Positions 1 through 8,184 of a DNA stretch of 46,730 bases are shown in pieces. The stretch lies in IMG/VR virus record IMGVR_UViG_3300049211_000017, positions 1 to 46,730 of that record; one strand, given 5' to 3'. The notes beneath the pieces were generated by a model. That model was not told the origin of the DNA, made no database searches, and saw only the letters and a list, made by a program, of their open reading frames with translations. The position numbers and the translations under genes are program-made. Source of the stretch: a virus. Position 1 is the stretch's first letter; each line of letters starts with the position of its first letter.

Positions 1-127
1 TAACGCGTGGACCAGACTGGCCACCGCCAGATCCTTGATACATCGCATTTTCCTGCTTCGCCTGCGCGAACTGGAAGCGATCGACATCGGATGCGGCCAG
101 CCTGTCATTGATACCGATGCCCAGCGC
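1..127. repeat. Terminal direct repeat, copy 1 (identical to 46604..46730)
   Basis: I compared both ends base by base: taacgcgtggaccagactgg...ccgatgcccagcgc is identical at 1-127 and 46604-46730. A length of 127 equals a common maximal assembler k-mer, so this is probably a circular-contig overlap. Confidence 0.95.
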
Positions 128-1057
128 GTTAGCGACATTCTGCGCGTATTGGACTGGATTGTTGGCCCCATCGCCTGCGGGAGCCCAGCGCTGGGCGATC
201 TTCGCGGGCGTATCGTAACCGCGCTCGATATAGGAGCGCAGCAACGCACGTTGGGCATTCTCCCCGTCTGCGATCGACCCGAACTTGGCGAAGCGTCCAT
301 TCGGGCCTTGATAGCCCGGCTGCGAGCGTGCGAAATCGCTATCGATGATCCCGCCGGGGTTGTTGCCTTCAAGCGCAACAGTCCCACCGCTCGCACCCGC
401 GCCAGAAGCTGGACCACCTCCTCCCGTCATGCCACGTGTCTGGATAAGCTGCCGTCCGGATGCATCCGAACCGAACTCCATGAACTGCGATGGATTGACG
501 TGGCCAAGAACCGCCTCGCGGAACTCGGGCGTCCCTGGCTTGACGCCAGCGGCCTTCAGAAGACGTATCGTCTCCGGGTCCTTTGCGGCGTCAATTGCCT
601 TATCGACATCAGAGGCTTCCGCCGCAACGGCATCGATAGCGTCATCGGTCGGATCGAACTGTGCGAGCTGCTCATCGGTATAGCCCAGCGCCTTGAGCGT
701 CGGAGCGGATTGCGCGATGAACGCCTTACGGGCCGCATATGGGCGACTCTTGGCAGCCAGCGCCACGCTGGCCAATGTCCCGGCACGCTCCTTGACAGTC
801 TTGCGCTGGCTTTCGTCCATTTTGCCGAGCGAATCAAACAAGTCGAAATCGCCTGAGGTCGCTGCCTCACGCTTCGCGCCAGCCAGATCGCCAGTACCAG
901 CAAGGGCCCCGACACGCTTCCGGGTCGCCAGCGCCTCGTCTTCTCGCTCCATCTTGCGGCCAAGAAGGCGACTCTGGAAATCCTGCTGCTGGCGCTGGTG
1001 ATACGCCCCGAGAATGCCCGGAATATCAACCTCAGTGATGCCGAAGGGGTTTGCCAT
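1..1057 (-). CDS. Ejection/internal virion protein candidate, 5' part of a 560-aa gene that wraps the window junction and continues at 45978..46603
   Basis: ATG at 1057 overlaps the upstream stop (ATGA). I checked every codon of this minus frame from 1057 to 2 and found no stop. It is in frame with the track ORF 45978..46646 (1057-43=1014=3x338). It sits at the P22 gp20 position. Contains an NNPGGIIDSDF...RWAP motif. Confidence 0.8.
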   Translation of the reverse strand, partial: MANPFGITEVDIPGILGAYHQRQQQDFQSRLLGRKMEREDEALATRKRVGALAGTGDLAGAKREAATSGDFDLFDSLGKMDESQRKTVKERAGTLASVALAAKSRPYAARKAFIAQSAPTLKALGYTDEQLAQFDPTDDAIDAVAAEASDVDKAIDAAKDPETIRLLKAAGVKPGTPEFREAVLGHVNPSQFMEFGSDASGRQLIQTRGMTGGGGPASGAGASGGTVALEGNNPGGIIDSDFARSQPGYQGPNGRFAKFGSIADGENAQRALLRSYIERGYDTPAKIAQRWAPAGDGANNPVQYAQNVANALGIGINDRLAASDVDRFQFAQAKQENAMYQGSGGGQSGPRV

Positions 1058-1857
1058 CAGTAGATCCCGCCGAGTTTGCCGCCATAGATCGGGGGAGTCC
1101 CGCCATAGGTCGCCCCACCGCCACCAAAGCCCCCGCCCTGGCTGTACAAGTATCCGCTTAGGGCGTTGTTGATCCCGCTATTGATCGCCGACCCCGTATT
1201 GGCATAGGCGCTGGCCCGTGCATTGCCCGCGTTGGTGAAGGCGTTCGATATGCCCTGCGCCGCCGACTGGCCTGCCTGCGATGTCGCCTGTGTCGAGGTC
1301 TGCCCGACGCCAGCGAGCGCTGAAAGCCGGTTGGCGTAATTCTCATATTCGGAGGACGCGAGACCCTCGCCGTAGCGCTGGATCGCCTTCAACGTGCCAC
1401 CCGAGCTGAGCAGGCCACGCGCCGCCGCTGATCGCTCGGCAGCCTTCACGCCCTCGTCGAGCCGGAATTGATAGCCCGGAGATGCCTGAAACCCGTCGTA
1501 ACCCGGAGTCATCTGCTGTTGCGGCTGGCCGGCCGCTGTCGGCTGCGCTTGCGTGCTGATCCCACGAAAACCGTCAAAGCCCGTACTAGGCGATGCCTGA
1601 AACCCGTCATCGCCCATATTGCGCGCCGGCGTCCCGGTCGGGCGGCTGATCCCGTACATGTCCGCGAGCTTGTAGAGCGCGCCCGAGCCGACTTCGCGAT
1701 AGGGAGCCTGATCGGAGCGGCTTGTATCATAGAAGTAGCGCTCGTTCGCGGCGGTCTGATCGGCGGCATTCGCCTGCGCCTTCGCGGCCTTATTCCCAGC
1801 AACTACTGTGGAAACCCCGCCTATAAGCGCCGCGCCGCCGATCGCAACAGCTACCAT
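1057..1857 (-). CDS. Ejection/internal virion protein candidate (266 aa), N-terminal TM helix, Gly/Ala/Gln-rich
   Basis: Track ORF 1057..1875. The ATG at 1857 overlaps the GNAT stop (TAATG). N-terminus MVAVAIGGAALIGGVSTVVAG is hydrophobic. C-terminus is GGGFGGGGATYGG. It sits at the P22 gp7 position. Confidence 0.6.
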   Translation of the reverse strand: MVAVAIGGAALIGGVSTVVAGNKAAKAQANAADQTAANERYFYDTSRSDQAPYREVGSGALYKLADMYGISRPTGTPARNMGDDGFQASPSTGFDGFRGISTQAQPTAAGQPQQQMTPGYDGFQASPGYQFRLDEGVKAAERSAAARGLLSSGGTLKAIQRYGEGLASSEYENYANRLSALAGVGQTSTQATSQAGQSAAQGISNAFTNAGNARASAYANTGSAINSGINNALSGYLYSQGGGFGGGGATYGGTPPIYGGKLGGIY

Positions 1858-2315
1858 TATTCGCCCCCCAGCCAAGATGAATAGAACACCTCAACCCGCT
1901 CGTATCCAAGGCGCTCGAACAGAAATGATGCATCTTTGTGGCACTTGGACCCAACGAACATGCGCTGGACGCCGCGCCGCCTCGCCTCGACCTCCACCGC
2001 CTTGAACAATTTGTTCCCGCCCATCTTGCCCCGGTGCTCCGGAGCGATCCAAAATATATCCATCGTAAGAGTTAGGCATGTTTTATAATGCAAGCCGGGG
2101 CCGACGAATCCAATGAAATAGCCGGCGAGCTTACCAGCTTCGCGCAAGGTCATCACCATGACTTCACCGCACGCGTCCTTGCGGTCGTACACGTCATATT
2201 GTGGATCGAGCGGGACTTCATCCTTGTTCAGCGCAAGCTCTTCCCAGTGCAACGGGAATAAGGGCTTCGCTTCATGGACAAACTCAGACCAAGGCTCAAC
2301 CTGCGCAGTCAGCAT
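1857..2315 (-). CDS. GNAT-family N-acetyltransferase (152 aa)
   Basis: Acetyl-CoA motif-A-like HRGKMGGNKLFKAVEVEARRRG, with a beta-strand/helix pattern typical of GNAT. Overlaps both neighbours. Confidence 0.75.
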   Translation of the reverse strand: MLTAQVEPWSEFVHEAKPLFPLHWEELALNKDEVPLDPQYDVYDRKDACGEVMVMTLREAGKLAGYFIGFVGPGLHYKTCLTLTMDIFWIAPEHRGKMGGNKLFKAVEVEARRRGVQRMFVGSKCHKDASFLFERLGYERVEVFYSSWLGGE

Positions 2316-2857
2316 GCCGGCCCCCGCACGTCGATGATGAGCACAATCCGGTCGTCCGCGCTGTTGTTGACCACGCTATGCTCGGCCCGGTTGTTGACCA
2401 GCCAGACTTCGCCCATGCGGAAATTGACCACCTCCTCCTCGATGATGAAATTCGCACCGGGGAGCGATTGCAGCGCGAGTTGATAACGCGTGTAATAGGT
2501 TGCGGGCGCGCCACCATCGACATGCGCGGGAATCGTCTTACCAGGCGCCAGCCTCGTGATCATGACCCGGCCCAACCGCGTGCCATCGACCCGGCGCATC
2601 AGGTTCAGGACGATCTCGCGTAGATGGGGCAATTCGGACCATGCCCTGTAAGGAATCACTTCAAGGTCATCAACAACCTCGGATGGATTGTCAGGGATCT
2701 TGTTGAACCAGCACCAGATATCGTCTGTCTCCTTATGGGGAGACAGCGGATGCGTGGTGCGTAGGGTGTTTTCGTTCCACAGATCGGGGTTGACCGCGAG
2801 CGCGTTGAGCAGCGGCACAACATCCACACCTTCGACGATCTTGCAAAAGTGGCGCAT
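2309..2857 (-). CDS. Cupin / 2OG-Fe(II)-type oxygenase resembling aspartyl/asparaginyl beta-hydroxylases (182 aa from ATG 2857; alternative start 2920)
   Basis: HxD...H metal triad candidates (PAHVDGG ... NRAEHSV). C-terminus DDRIVLIIDV is typical of this fold. There is a 7-nt overlap with the GNAT start. Confidence 0.7.
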   Translation of the reverse strand: MRHFCKIVEGVDVVPLLNALAVNPDLWNENTLRTTHPLSPHKETDDIWCWFNKIPDNPSEVVDDLEVIPYRAWSELPHLREIVLNLMRRVDGTRLGRVMITRLAPGKTIPAHVDGGAPATYYTRYQLALQSLPGANFIIEEEVVNFRMGEVWLVNNRAEHSVVNNSADDRIVLIIDVRGPAC

Positions 2858-2961
2858 GAAGCTCCAGACAGCCAACCTTGACGGTGATGTTCTGTCTGGC
2901 CGTGATCGGCGGCCCATCATGCCGCCAGCTTGCGCCTCACGGAATGAGGGATAGCATAGGG

Positions 2962-2990
2962 TTGAGCATAAGGGAAGACTGGGTTATCGT
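2962..2990 (+). promoter_or_regulatory. Sigma70-like promoter candidate for the counter-oriented DUF551-like gene
   Basis: TTGAGC (2962-2967), 17-nt spacer, TATCGT (2985-2990). The ATG lies 7 nt downstream with no Shine-Dalgarno sequence, which would give a leaderless mRNA. Confidence 0.35.
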
Positions 2991-2997
2991 GGCGGCT

Positions 2998-3189
2998 ATG
3001 GGCTGGTATTCAATCGAATCTGCACCGAGAGACGGAACGTGGGTTATAATCTTCGGTGAATGGAATGGACAGCCACGCGCCCATGCTGCATTTTACAGCG
3101 ATGGCGATTGGTATGACTCCGAAGCAGCGTCTGCGTCACTGACCACCTTTGGTTGGCGTCCAACCGGATGGACGGGATTGCCTAAGTAA
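2998..3189 (+). CDS. DUF551-like small protein (63 aa), opposite strand to the late operon
   Basis: MGWYSIESAPRDGTWVIIF...WRPTGWTGLPK matches the W-x-P/S-I-E-[ST]-APKDGT ... W-x-P-L-P pattern. A paralogue lies at 26027..26329. Confidence 0.55.
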   Translation: MGWYSIESAPRDGTWVIIFGEWNGQPRAHAAFYSDGDWYDSEAASASLTTFGWRPTGWTGLPK

Positions 3190-3520
3190 CCTCTATCCCG
3201 CTGGCCACGAGCGCGACTGAGGTAGCCGCCGACGCCAACGCCTGGATGGTCCCGCCCGCCTCAAGCCACTGGCCGATCGCCTCGATTACCTTGTAACTTT
3301 CGTTCTGGTTCAAGCTCTTGGCCGACAGGACCATATTACTGTCCGTCGCGGTTCCACCTGATGGAACGAGGTGGATCGTCACAGTCCGCGCCGAAGCGTT
3401 CACATTGGTGATCGTCATCGCCTGTATCTGCGCGCGGGTTGACGTGCCAACCGTGTAGAATGTCGTCGCGGCAGCGGTGATCTGCGACCCCGCCACCATT
3501 CTTTTACCAGTGATCGCCAT
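3182..3520 (-). CDS. Small beta-rich virion-associated protein candidate (112 aa)
   Basis: GGGGA Shine-Dalgarno sequence 4 nt before the ATG. Position is between the needle-like gene and the ejection block. Confidence 0.6.
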   Translation of the reverse strand: MAITGKRMVAGSQITAAATTFYTVGTSTRAQIQAMTITNVNASARTVTIHLVPSGGTATDSNMVLSAKSLNQNESYKVIEAIGQWLEAGGTIQALASAATSVALVASGIEVT

Positions 3521-3529
3521 GTCGTCCCC

Positions 3530-4381
3530 CTATGCTGCCGCCGGGATGTAGGAAACGGTCCCGAGCTTGATTAAAACGTCATCGCTCGCAGCGCCTACGC
3601 CCGCCGCTGTGCCGGTCACTTTCAAAACATTGGTCGACGAAAGTGTTAGCCCGGTCAGTTCGCCAACCGCCGTATAGGCCGCCAATGCCGCCCCCTCGGT
3701 CGTCATCGAGATCATGTAGCGAATGACCGTCGCCGATACCCGGATGATCGTGACATAGGCTGTCCATGCCGAACTAAGGCTCAAAGTTAGCGCGCCCGTA
3801 TCGAAGATTGCGGTGCCGCCGAAGTAGATCTTGATCTGCCGCGTGGCGGTCCCCGACGACACGAACGACCCACCATATTCGGCTTCGAACTTATCGCCAT
3901 TGGCCGCCAGTTGCCCCGCCGCCGTGGTGTCGGAATAGAGATCGGTCTCGGTCGTCCCGCTGTTGCCGACCGTCGTATAATGATCGAACAGCGCGTAGGA
4001 TGCCGCCTTGGTCAGCGAGATCGAATCCGCGCCGACCGTGATCCCGGACCCAGCTCCGACATTGATCGTGACGTTGCCACCCATATTGCCGCCGCCGGTC
4101 AACCCAGAACCCGCCGTTAAGGCCCCCGGATCAACAGGCGGGGGCATATAATATTGCGGCGGAGCCTCGGCAGGCTGATTCATCAGCAACGCGGTCATAT
4201 CCTGATGCGAAGTCGTAGCTCCCGCGTCAGTGATGCCGAGCAGCGTGCTGTCGTCGAACGGATTGGTCTGGCTCGTGCCGATCAGCTTCTGGATGTTGAG
4301 GAAGAACAGCCACCATTCCCTCGTCGGGAGGAGCTTGCTATCGACCATCGCAACGGTCGGTGGGTTGATCGGGAATGCCAT
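3530..4381 (-). CDS. Tail needle/fibre candidate (283 aa)
   Basis: Immediately follows the gp10-like gene (TAG ATG), which is the P22 gp26 position. Gly-rich segment GSGLTGGGNMGGNVTINVGAGSGITVG. Confidence 0.5.
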   Translation of the reverse strand: MAFPINPPTVAMVDSKLLPTREWWLFFLNIQKLIGTSQTNPFDDSTLLGITDAGATTSHQDMTALLMNQPAEAPPQYYMPPPVDPGALTAGSGLTGGGNMGGNVTINVGAGSGITVGADSISLTKAASYALFDHYTTVGNSGTTETDLYSDTTAAGQLAANGDKFEAEYGGSFVSSGTATRQIKIYFGGTAIFDTGALTLSLSSAWTAYVTIIRVSATVIRYMISMTTEGAALAAYTAVGELTGLTLSSTNVLKVTGTAAGVGAASDDVLIKLGTVSYIPAAA

Positions 4382-5743
4382 CTACTTGGCATCCAAATAA
4401 TAACTAAAAATAAATCGCCGAACCGGATCGGTGATCACGATCTTGAACTGGCGCTGCCTGAATTGGCCGAGCTTGCGCCAGATGACGCGGGTCGTGTACG
4501 CGCCGATCGCACCCATCGACCGCCACAGTTCATTCGACCAGGTGCGCCCGCCATTGTCCGAATAGCTAAGCATCGCCTGGGGGTCGCTGCCCTGCCCCGT
4601 ACTTAGCCCGACGCCGCTTTCGCACATCAGTTCGAAAGCGTAGCAGGTCATTTCATTGCGCGTGCCGCTCTCGATCACAGGCAACGTCATCTCCATCGAA
4701 ATGCTGTCGCCATCCTCGGCATAAGTGTCGAACGACGCCGTGTAGAGCTTGCCGGTGGTGTTGCTTCCGAAGATCGTCTGATCGTAGACCCGCACCGCCG
4801 ATCCCGCCCGCCAATTGTCCAGCGCGAGCGATTTACGTTCATGCCATGCCCCGGTGGACATGTCATAGCCGAACGTCCCGACATCGGTGCAGAGCAGATA
4901 ATGCTTGTGGCCTTCCTCGGTGACGGTGAACGCCCATGCGTCTGTTGCATTGCGCAACTCATATTCGATCGCATGGGTCGAAATGCGGATCGGGCTATAA
5001 CCATCGAGCCGGTAGACAATCATATCGTCGCCGAGGAAATGCACGCTGTTGTCGATCTTGACGATGCTGTCGCGGGCGAAACAGCCGCGCTCGATGAAGG
5101 CGTTGCCCTGCCGTTCGAACGGGAAATCCGCCGCACCCGAATTGTACCAGATCTCGATCGACTGCTTGCCGTAGAATTGGACTTCGCGATGATCGATACA
5201 GACCCCCACCAGAGCATCGGGCGAGCCCTCGACTGTCGCGATGTCGAGCGGATCATAGATGGTGGCGTTGTTGAGCGAGGATATGACGAATTGCCCGCTG
5301 CTGTCGGCCTTGGTCCACAGGATATAGCCGTCGATGAACCCCACGTCGGAGACCGCCGGCAGATCGGCCGGCGTCGTTATCGAGCCACCGGAATAGACAT
5401 GGCCGACCGTCCCGCCGACGATCGCCAATTCAGTGCCATTGTCCGCCATCGGACAGCGCCCGGAACCCCCGATCGCCCCAAGGTCGGTTGCCGTACCGCT
5501 ACTATCGATCGAATAGAGCCGTGCGCCCGAAACGGCATAGAGCGTATCTCCCATGCGGTGGACGCCGCGCACCGGGTAGGTTGCCAGTTCATCGAACTCG
5601 GTAAGCCCCGGTATCAGCATCACCGCAAACAGGTCGCGCTGGTCGCCGCTGCCCTGCTCGGCATAGCAGTTGACAAGCTTTGACCCGCCCCACGGCGAGG
5701 ATCGGCCCTGCGAATAGCTGAGTGCTGGCTTGACCTTCAGCAT
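4382..5743 (-). CDS. P22 gp10-like tail hub / packaged-DNA stabilisation protein (453 aa)
   Basis: Size, position and a C-terminus (RVIWRKLGQFRQRQFKIVITDPV) that resembles the P22 gp10 C-terminus as I recall it. The start overlaps the adaptor stop (TGATG). Confidence 0.55.
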   Translation of the reverse strand: MLKVKPALSYSQGRSSPWGGSKLVNCYAEQGSGDQRDLFAVMLIPGLTEFDELATYPVRGVHRMGDTLYAVSGARLYSIDSSGTATDLGAIGGSGRCPMADNGTELAIVGGTVGHVYSGGSITTPADLPAVSDVGFIDGYILWTKADSSGQFVISSLNNATIYDPLDIATVEGSPDALVGVCIDHREVQFYGKQSIEIWYNSGAADFPFERQGNAFIERGCFARDSIVKIDNSVHFLGDDMIVYRLDGYSPIRISTHAIEYELRNATDAWAFTVTEEGHKHYLLCTDVGTFGYDMSTGAWHERKSLALDNWRAGSAVRVYDQTIFGSNTTGKLYTASFDTYAEDGDSISMEMTLPVIESGTRNEMTCYAFELMCESGVGLSTGQGSDPQAMLSYSDNGGRTWSNELWRSMGAIGAYTTRVIWRKLGQFRQRQFKIVITDPVRRFIFSYYLDAK

Positions 5744-6438
5744 CACAGATCAGGCTGGAGGAAGATGCTCGCCGGCTCTGTGTCCCAACCACTCAATGCC
5801 GCGTAAAGCGCCCCCGCCCGCGCGTTGATCTCCATCCGCAAATCCGGCGCAATTCCGTACTTGAGCGCCAACTCGCTCGCCAGCGCGTAGCACAGCGCCT
5901 GCGTCCATTCCTGCGGTAGATCGGGGTCATCCGCCGACCCATCGAAATCCTCGATGCGGCGCAGATAGGTGACGCGCAGGGTTTGCGCCGCTGCCGTCGC
6001 GGTCGAAGCCGTGGGCCACAGGTAAAGCGTCCCGGTCTCCCGCTGCGGATCGTAATAGAAGGACACTGGGACTGATGCGCTGGTCTTGTTCGGCGTGTCG
6101 AAATATTCCTGTCGGCTCATCTCGGTCATCGGCGTGTCGGTAGAGCCGGACGTGACGCGGCGGCGCACGGACAGCACCCGCATCGGCTTGACGCTGAACA
6201 GCGTTGCCAGCGCATATTCGGCCTGAGACGCCACGAGCGTGACCGAGCCTTCGGTCATCGTCCAGAGATGGCTTTGCGCGCCCCACGTCTTCACGATCAG
6301 GTTGAGCGAGCGCGTGGCGCGGCTGTACATATCGGCGGAGACGCTTTCTCCCTCCGATCCAATGCCGCAAATATCGAAGGCTTCGTCGATAATCGTGTTG
6401 GTGACGAGACCGAAGTTGGTTGACGAACTCGTGCTCAC
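5743..6438 (-). CDS. Head-to-tail adaptor candidate (231 aa, GTG start)
   Basis: Sits at the P22 gp4 position between the capsid block and the gp10-like gene. Translationally coupled on both sides. Confidence 0.45.
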   Translation of the reverse strand: MSTSSSTNFGLVTNTIIDEAFDICGIGSEGESVSADMYSRATRSLNLIVKTWGAQSHLWTMTEGSVTLVASQAEYALATLFSVKPMRVLSVRRRVTSGSTDTPMTEMSRQEYFDTPNKTSASVPVSFYYDPQRETGTLYLWPTASTATAAAQTLRVTYLRRIEDFDGSADDPDLPQEWTQALCYALASELALKYGIAPDLRMEINARAGALYAALSGWDTEPASIFLQPDL

Positions 6439-6602
6439 TGGATCACCTCGCCTTCGGCAAGGATCGGTTGCCAGCCATTGCGCTTGATCGCTTCGGCCAG
6501 CTTGACATCAGCCAGCGCTTCATGAAGCGAGTAGGAGAGGATGACCCTATCGCCCTCAACCACTTCGTATGTCTGCCCGTTGCGCCGTCCCTCGGTTCTC
6601 AC
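6435..6602 (-). CDS. Hypothetical protein (55 aa, GTG start), absent from the ORF track because it is under 60 aa
   Basis: AGGAGA Shine-Dalgarno sequence 5 nt before the GTG. There is an in-frame TAG 4 codons upstream. Its stop overlaps the next start (GTGA). Translation: VRTEGRRNGQTYEVVEGDRVILSYSLHEALADVKLAEAIKRNGWQPILAEGEVIQ. Confidence 0.5.
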   Translation of the reverse strand: MRTEGRRNGQTYEVVEGDRVILSYSLHEALADVKLAEAIKRNGWQPILAEGEVIQ

Positions 6603-6611
6603 GCTCGTCTC

Positions 6612-6848
6612 CTAGAGATCGGCGGCGGTAACGCTGCCAGGGTCGATGAAAGTGTCTGCGCTTTCTGGGGAGGGATTGGGATGGCGCTGGTCGTCACGCA
6701 CCCGCGCCGGGAAGTCCTGCGGCTGGCGGCGCTTATCGACGAATGATCGATGAACCAACGCCCCATCCCACTGGCGAACCAGTTCATGAGCGGGGAACTT
6801 AAAGCCACTCGCCATGCATATCCCGACTGGCTTGGGCTCCCCGCTCAT
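6612..6848 (-). CDS. Hypothetical protein (78 aa)
   Basis: Track ORF. Its start abuts the upstream stop. Confidence 0.5.
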   Translation of the reverse strand: MSGEPKPVGICMASGFKFPAHELVRQWDGALVHRSFVDKRRQPQDFPARVRDDQRHPNPSPESADTFIDPGSVTAADL

Positions 6849-7088
6849 TTAGTACATCGCGATCATTGTAGTGGCCGTCGTACTGGTTGACTTCACCATG
6901 TCGACCTGGATCGGGAACACGCCCACCGGCACGTTCGAATAGGTCACGCTGTTGCCGCTCGCCATCCGCACCGCGATATTCCCTGTCACGCCGACATAGA
7001 TCGACCGCGTGACAGGGATGATCGTGGCGTCGCTCGGCGTGATCGCTACGCCATCATAGGCCGGGGATGTGTCCGTGCTGCGCCCCAT
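6849..7088 (-). CDS. Small beta-rich protein (79 aa)
   Basis: Track ORF with a Val/Thr/Ile-rich beta-type composition. First gene after the terminator-like hairpin. Confidence 0.55.
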   Translation of the reverse strand: MGRSTDTSPAYDGVAITPSDATIIPVTRSIYVGVTGNIAVRMASGNSVTYSNVPVGVFPIQVDMVKSTSTTATTMIAMY

Positions 7089-7101
7089 CTCTCACCCCTC
7101 G

Positions 7102-7127
7102 AAAAGCGGCGAGGCCGAAGCCCCGCC
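7102..7127 (-). terminator. Intrinsic terminator/attenuator candidate after the beta-helix gene
   Basis: The minus strand reads GGCGGGGC-TTCG-GCCTCGCC (8-bp stem with one G-U pair, UUCG loop), followed by GCTTTTCG. Confidence 0.5.
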
Positions 7128-7134
7128 TAGACTA

Positions 7135-8100
7135 TCAACTGTCAACAGCTGGCAAAATATATCCACTGGCGCCGGCCACGCCCGAAGCGTAGTTGTTGAA
7201 CGTGCCCAGCCCCGCCGATGCCGTAATCAGCAGTTCCGCCGCCGTGTCCGCGTGCTGCGCGAAGTTCTCGGCCACCATCCCGGTCAGGGTCGAGCCATCG
7301 GTATGCAACAGGATCGCGCCCGTCGCGGTGTCGGTGTTGAGCCGGTAGACGATGTTGCGGCGCATATCGAGCGAGGTCACAATCTTGCCGTTGGCGATCG
7401 TCATCAGCGCGGCATTGTTGTTGAGAACCCCGAGGTTCGCATAATTGCCGTACATCTGAACGTCGTCATTGGTGCCGTCGAGCTTGACCATGCTCTTGGT
7501 CGCGAGATCTGGCTCGATCCACTTGTTATTGATCAGCGCCAGGCCATCCGCGTCCGCCGTGGTGGCGTTGGTGTCAACCACCCAGAGGAAATTCATGTTG
7601 GTTGCGGTCGCCTTGATATAGCATTCCTCGACCGTGAAATATTTCGCCGTGGTCAGCGTGAACACCGACACGATGTCAGCGAAGTTCGCGGTGAAAATGA
7701 TGTTCTTGAACGCGACATTCGCCGCCGTCACGCCGATCGTTGCGGTCGTCGCGGTATCGAGCGTGAAGGTCGGACGCAGCGAACCGGTGCCCAGACCGAT
7801 AATCGCGACCCCGGCAACATCAGCCGCGATCGCCGTCGCGGAACTGACCGTCTCTGCATGGCCGGGCTTGATGAAGATGATGTCGCCTCGGCTTGCGGTG
7901 CACTGGCCGATCGCGCCGTCGAGCGTGGCGAACGGGCTGTCGAACGTGCCCTTGTTGCCATCCGAGCCGCCGCGCTGGCCGACCTGAATGGTTGAAGCGT
8001 TCGAGACCCAGAAAACCTTGCCGGGATGGCTTTGCGTGATCGGTACGCCACGAAGCGTGATCCCGTCCTTGAAACCCTGCGGATAAGACGATGCTGGCAT
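7135..8100 (-). CDS. Right-handed beta-helix (pectate-lyase/DUF1565-like) protein, 321 aa
   Basis: N-terminus GSDGNKGTFDSPFATLDGAIGQCTASRGDIIFIKPGHAE, then repetitive Asn/Thr/Ala-rich coils. AGGAGG Shine-Dalgarno sequence. Confidence 0.7.
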   Translation of the reverse strand: MPASSYPQGFKDGITLRGVPITQSHPGKVFWVSNASTIQVGQRGGSDGNKGTFDSPFATLDGAIGQCTASRGDIIFIKPGHAETVSSATAIAADVAGVAIIGLGTGSLRPTFTLDTATTATIGVTAANVAFKNIIFTANFADIVSVFTLTTAKYFTVEECYIKATATNMNFLWVVDTNATTADADGLALINNKWIEPDLATKSMVKLDGTNDDVQMYGNYANLGVLNNNAALMTIANGKIVTSLDMRRNIVYRLNTDTATGAILLHTDGSTLTGMVAENFAQHADTAAELLITASAGLGTFNNYASGVAGASGYILPAVDS

Positions 8101-8150
8101 GCTTGCCTCCTATGGACGCCGTAGCGCCGAGTGGATTTCCATAGTTCAGC

Positions 8151-8172
8151 GGGGGAGACCGAAATCTCCCCC
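8151..8172. promoter_or_regulatory. Perfect 8-bp stem-loop just downstream of the capsid gene
   Basis: GGGGGAGA-ccgaaa-TCTCCCCC, 12 nt after the capsid stop on the minus strand. No U-tract follows. Confidence 0.6.
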
Positions 8173-8184
8173 GTATTCAGTGGA

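Noticed and set aside
1-127. Interpreting the 127-bp terminal repeat as biological direct terminal repeats.
   Set aside because: The repeat falls in the middle of an uninterrupted coding frame, and its length equals a standard assembler k-mer. An assembly overlap of a circular or circularly permuted genome is more likely. Only read data can settle it.
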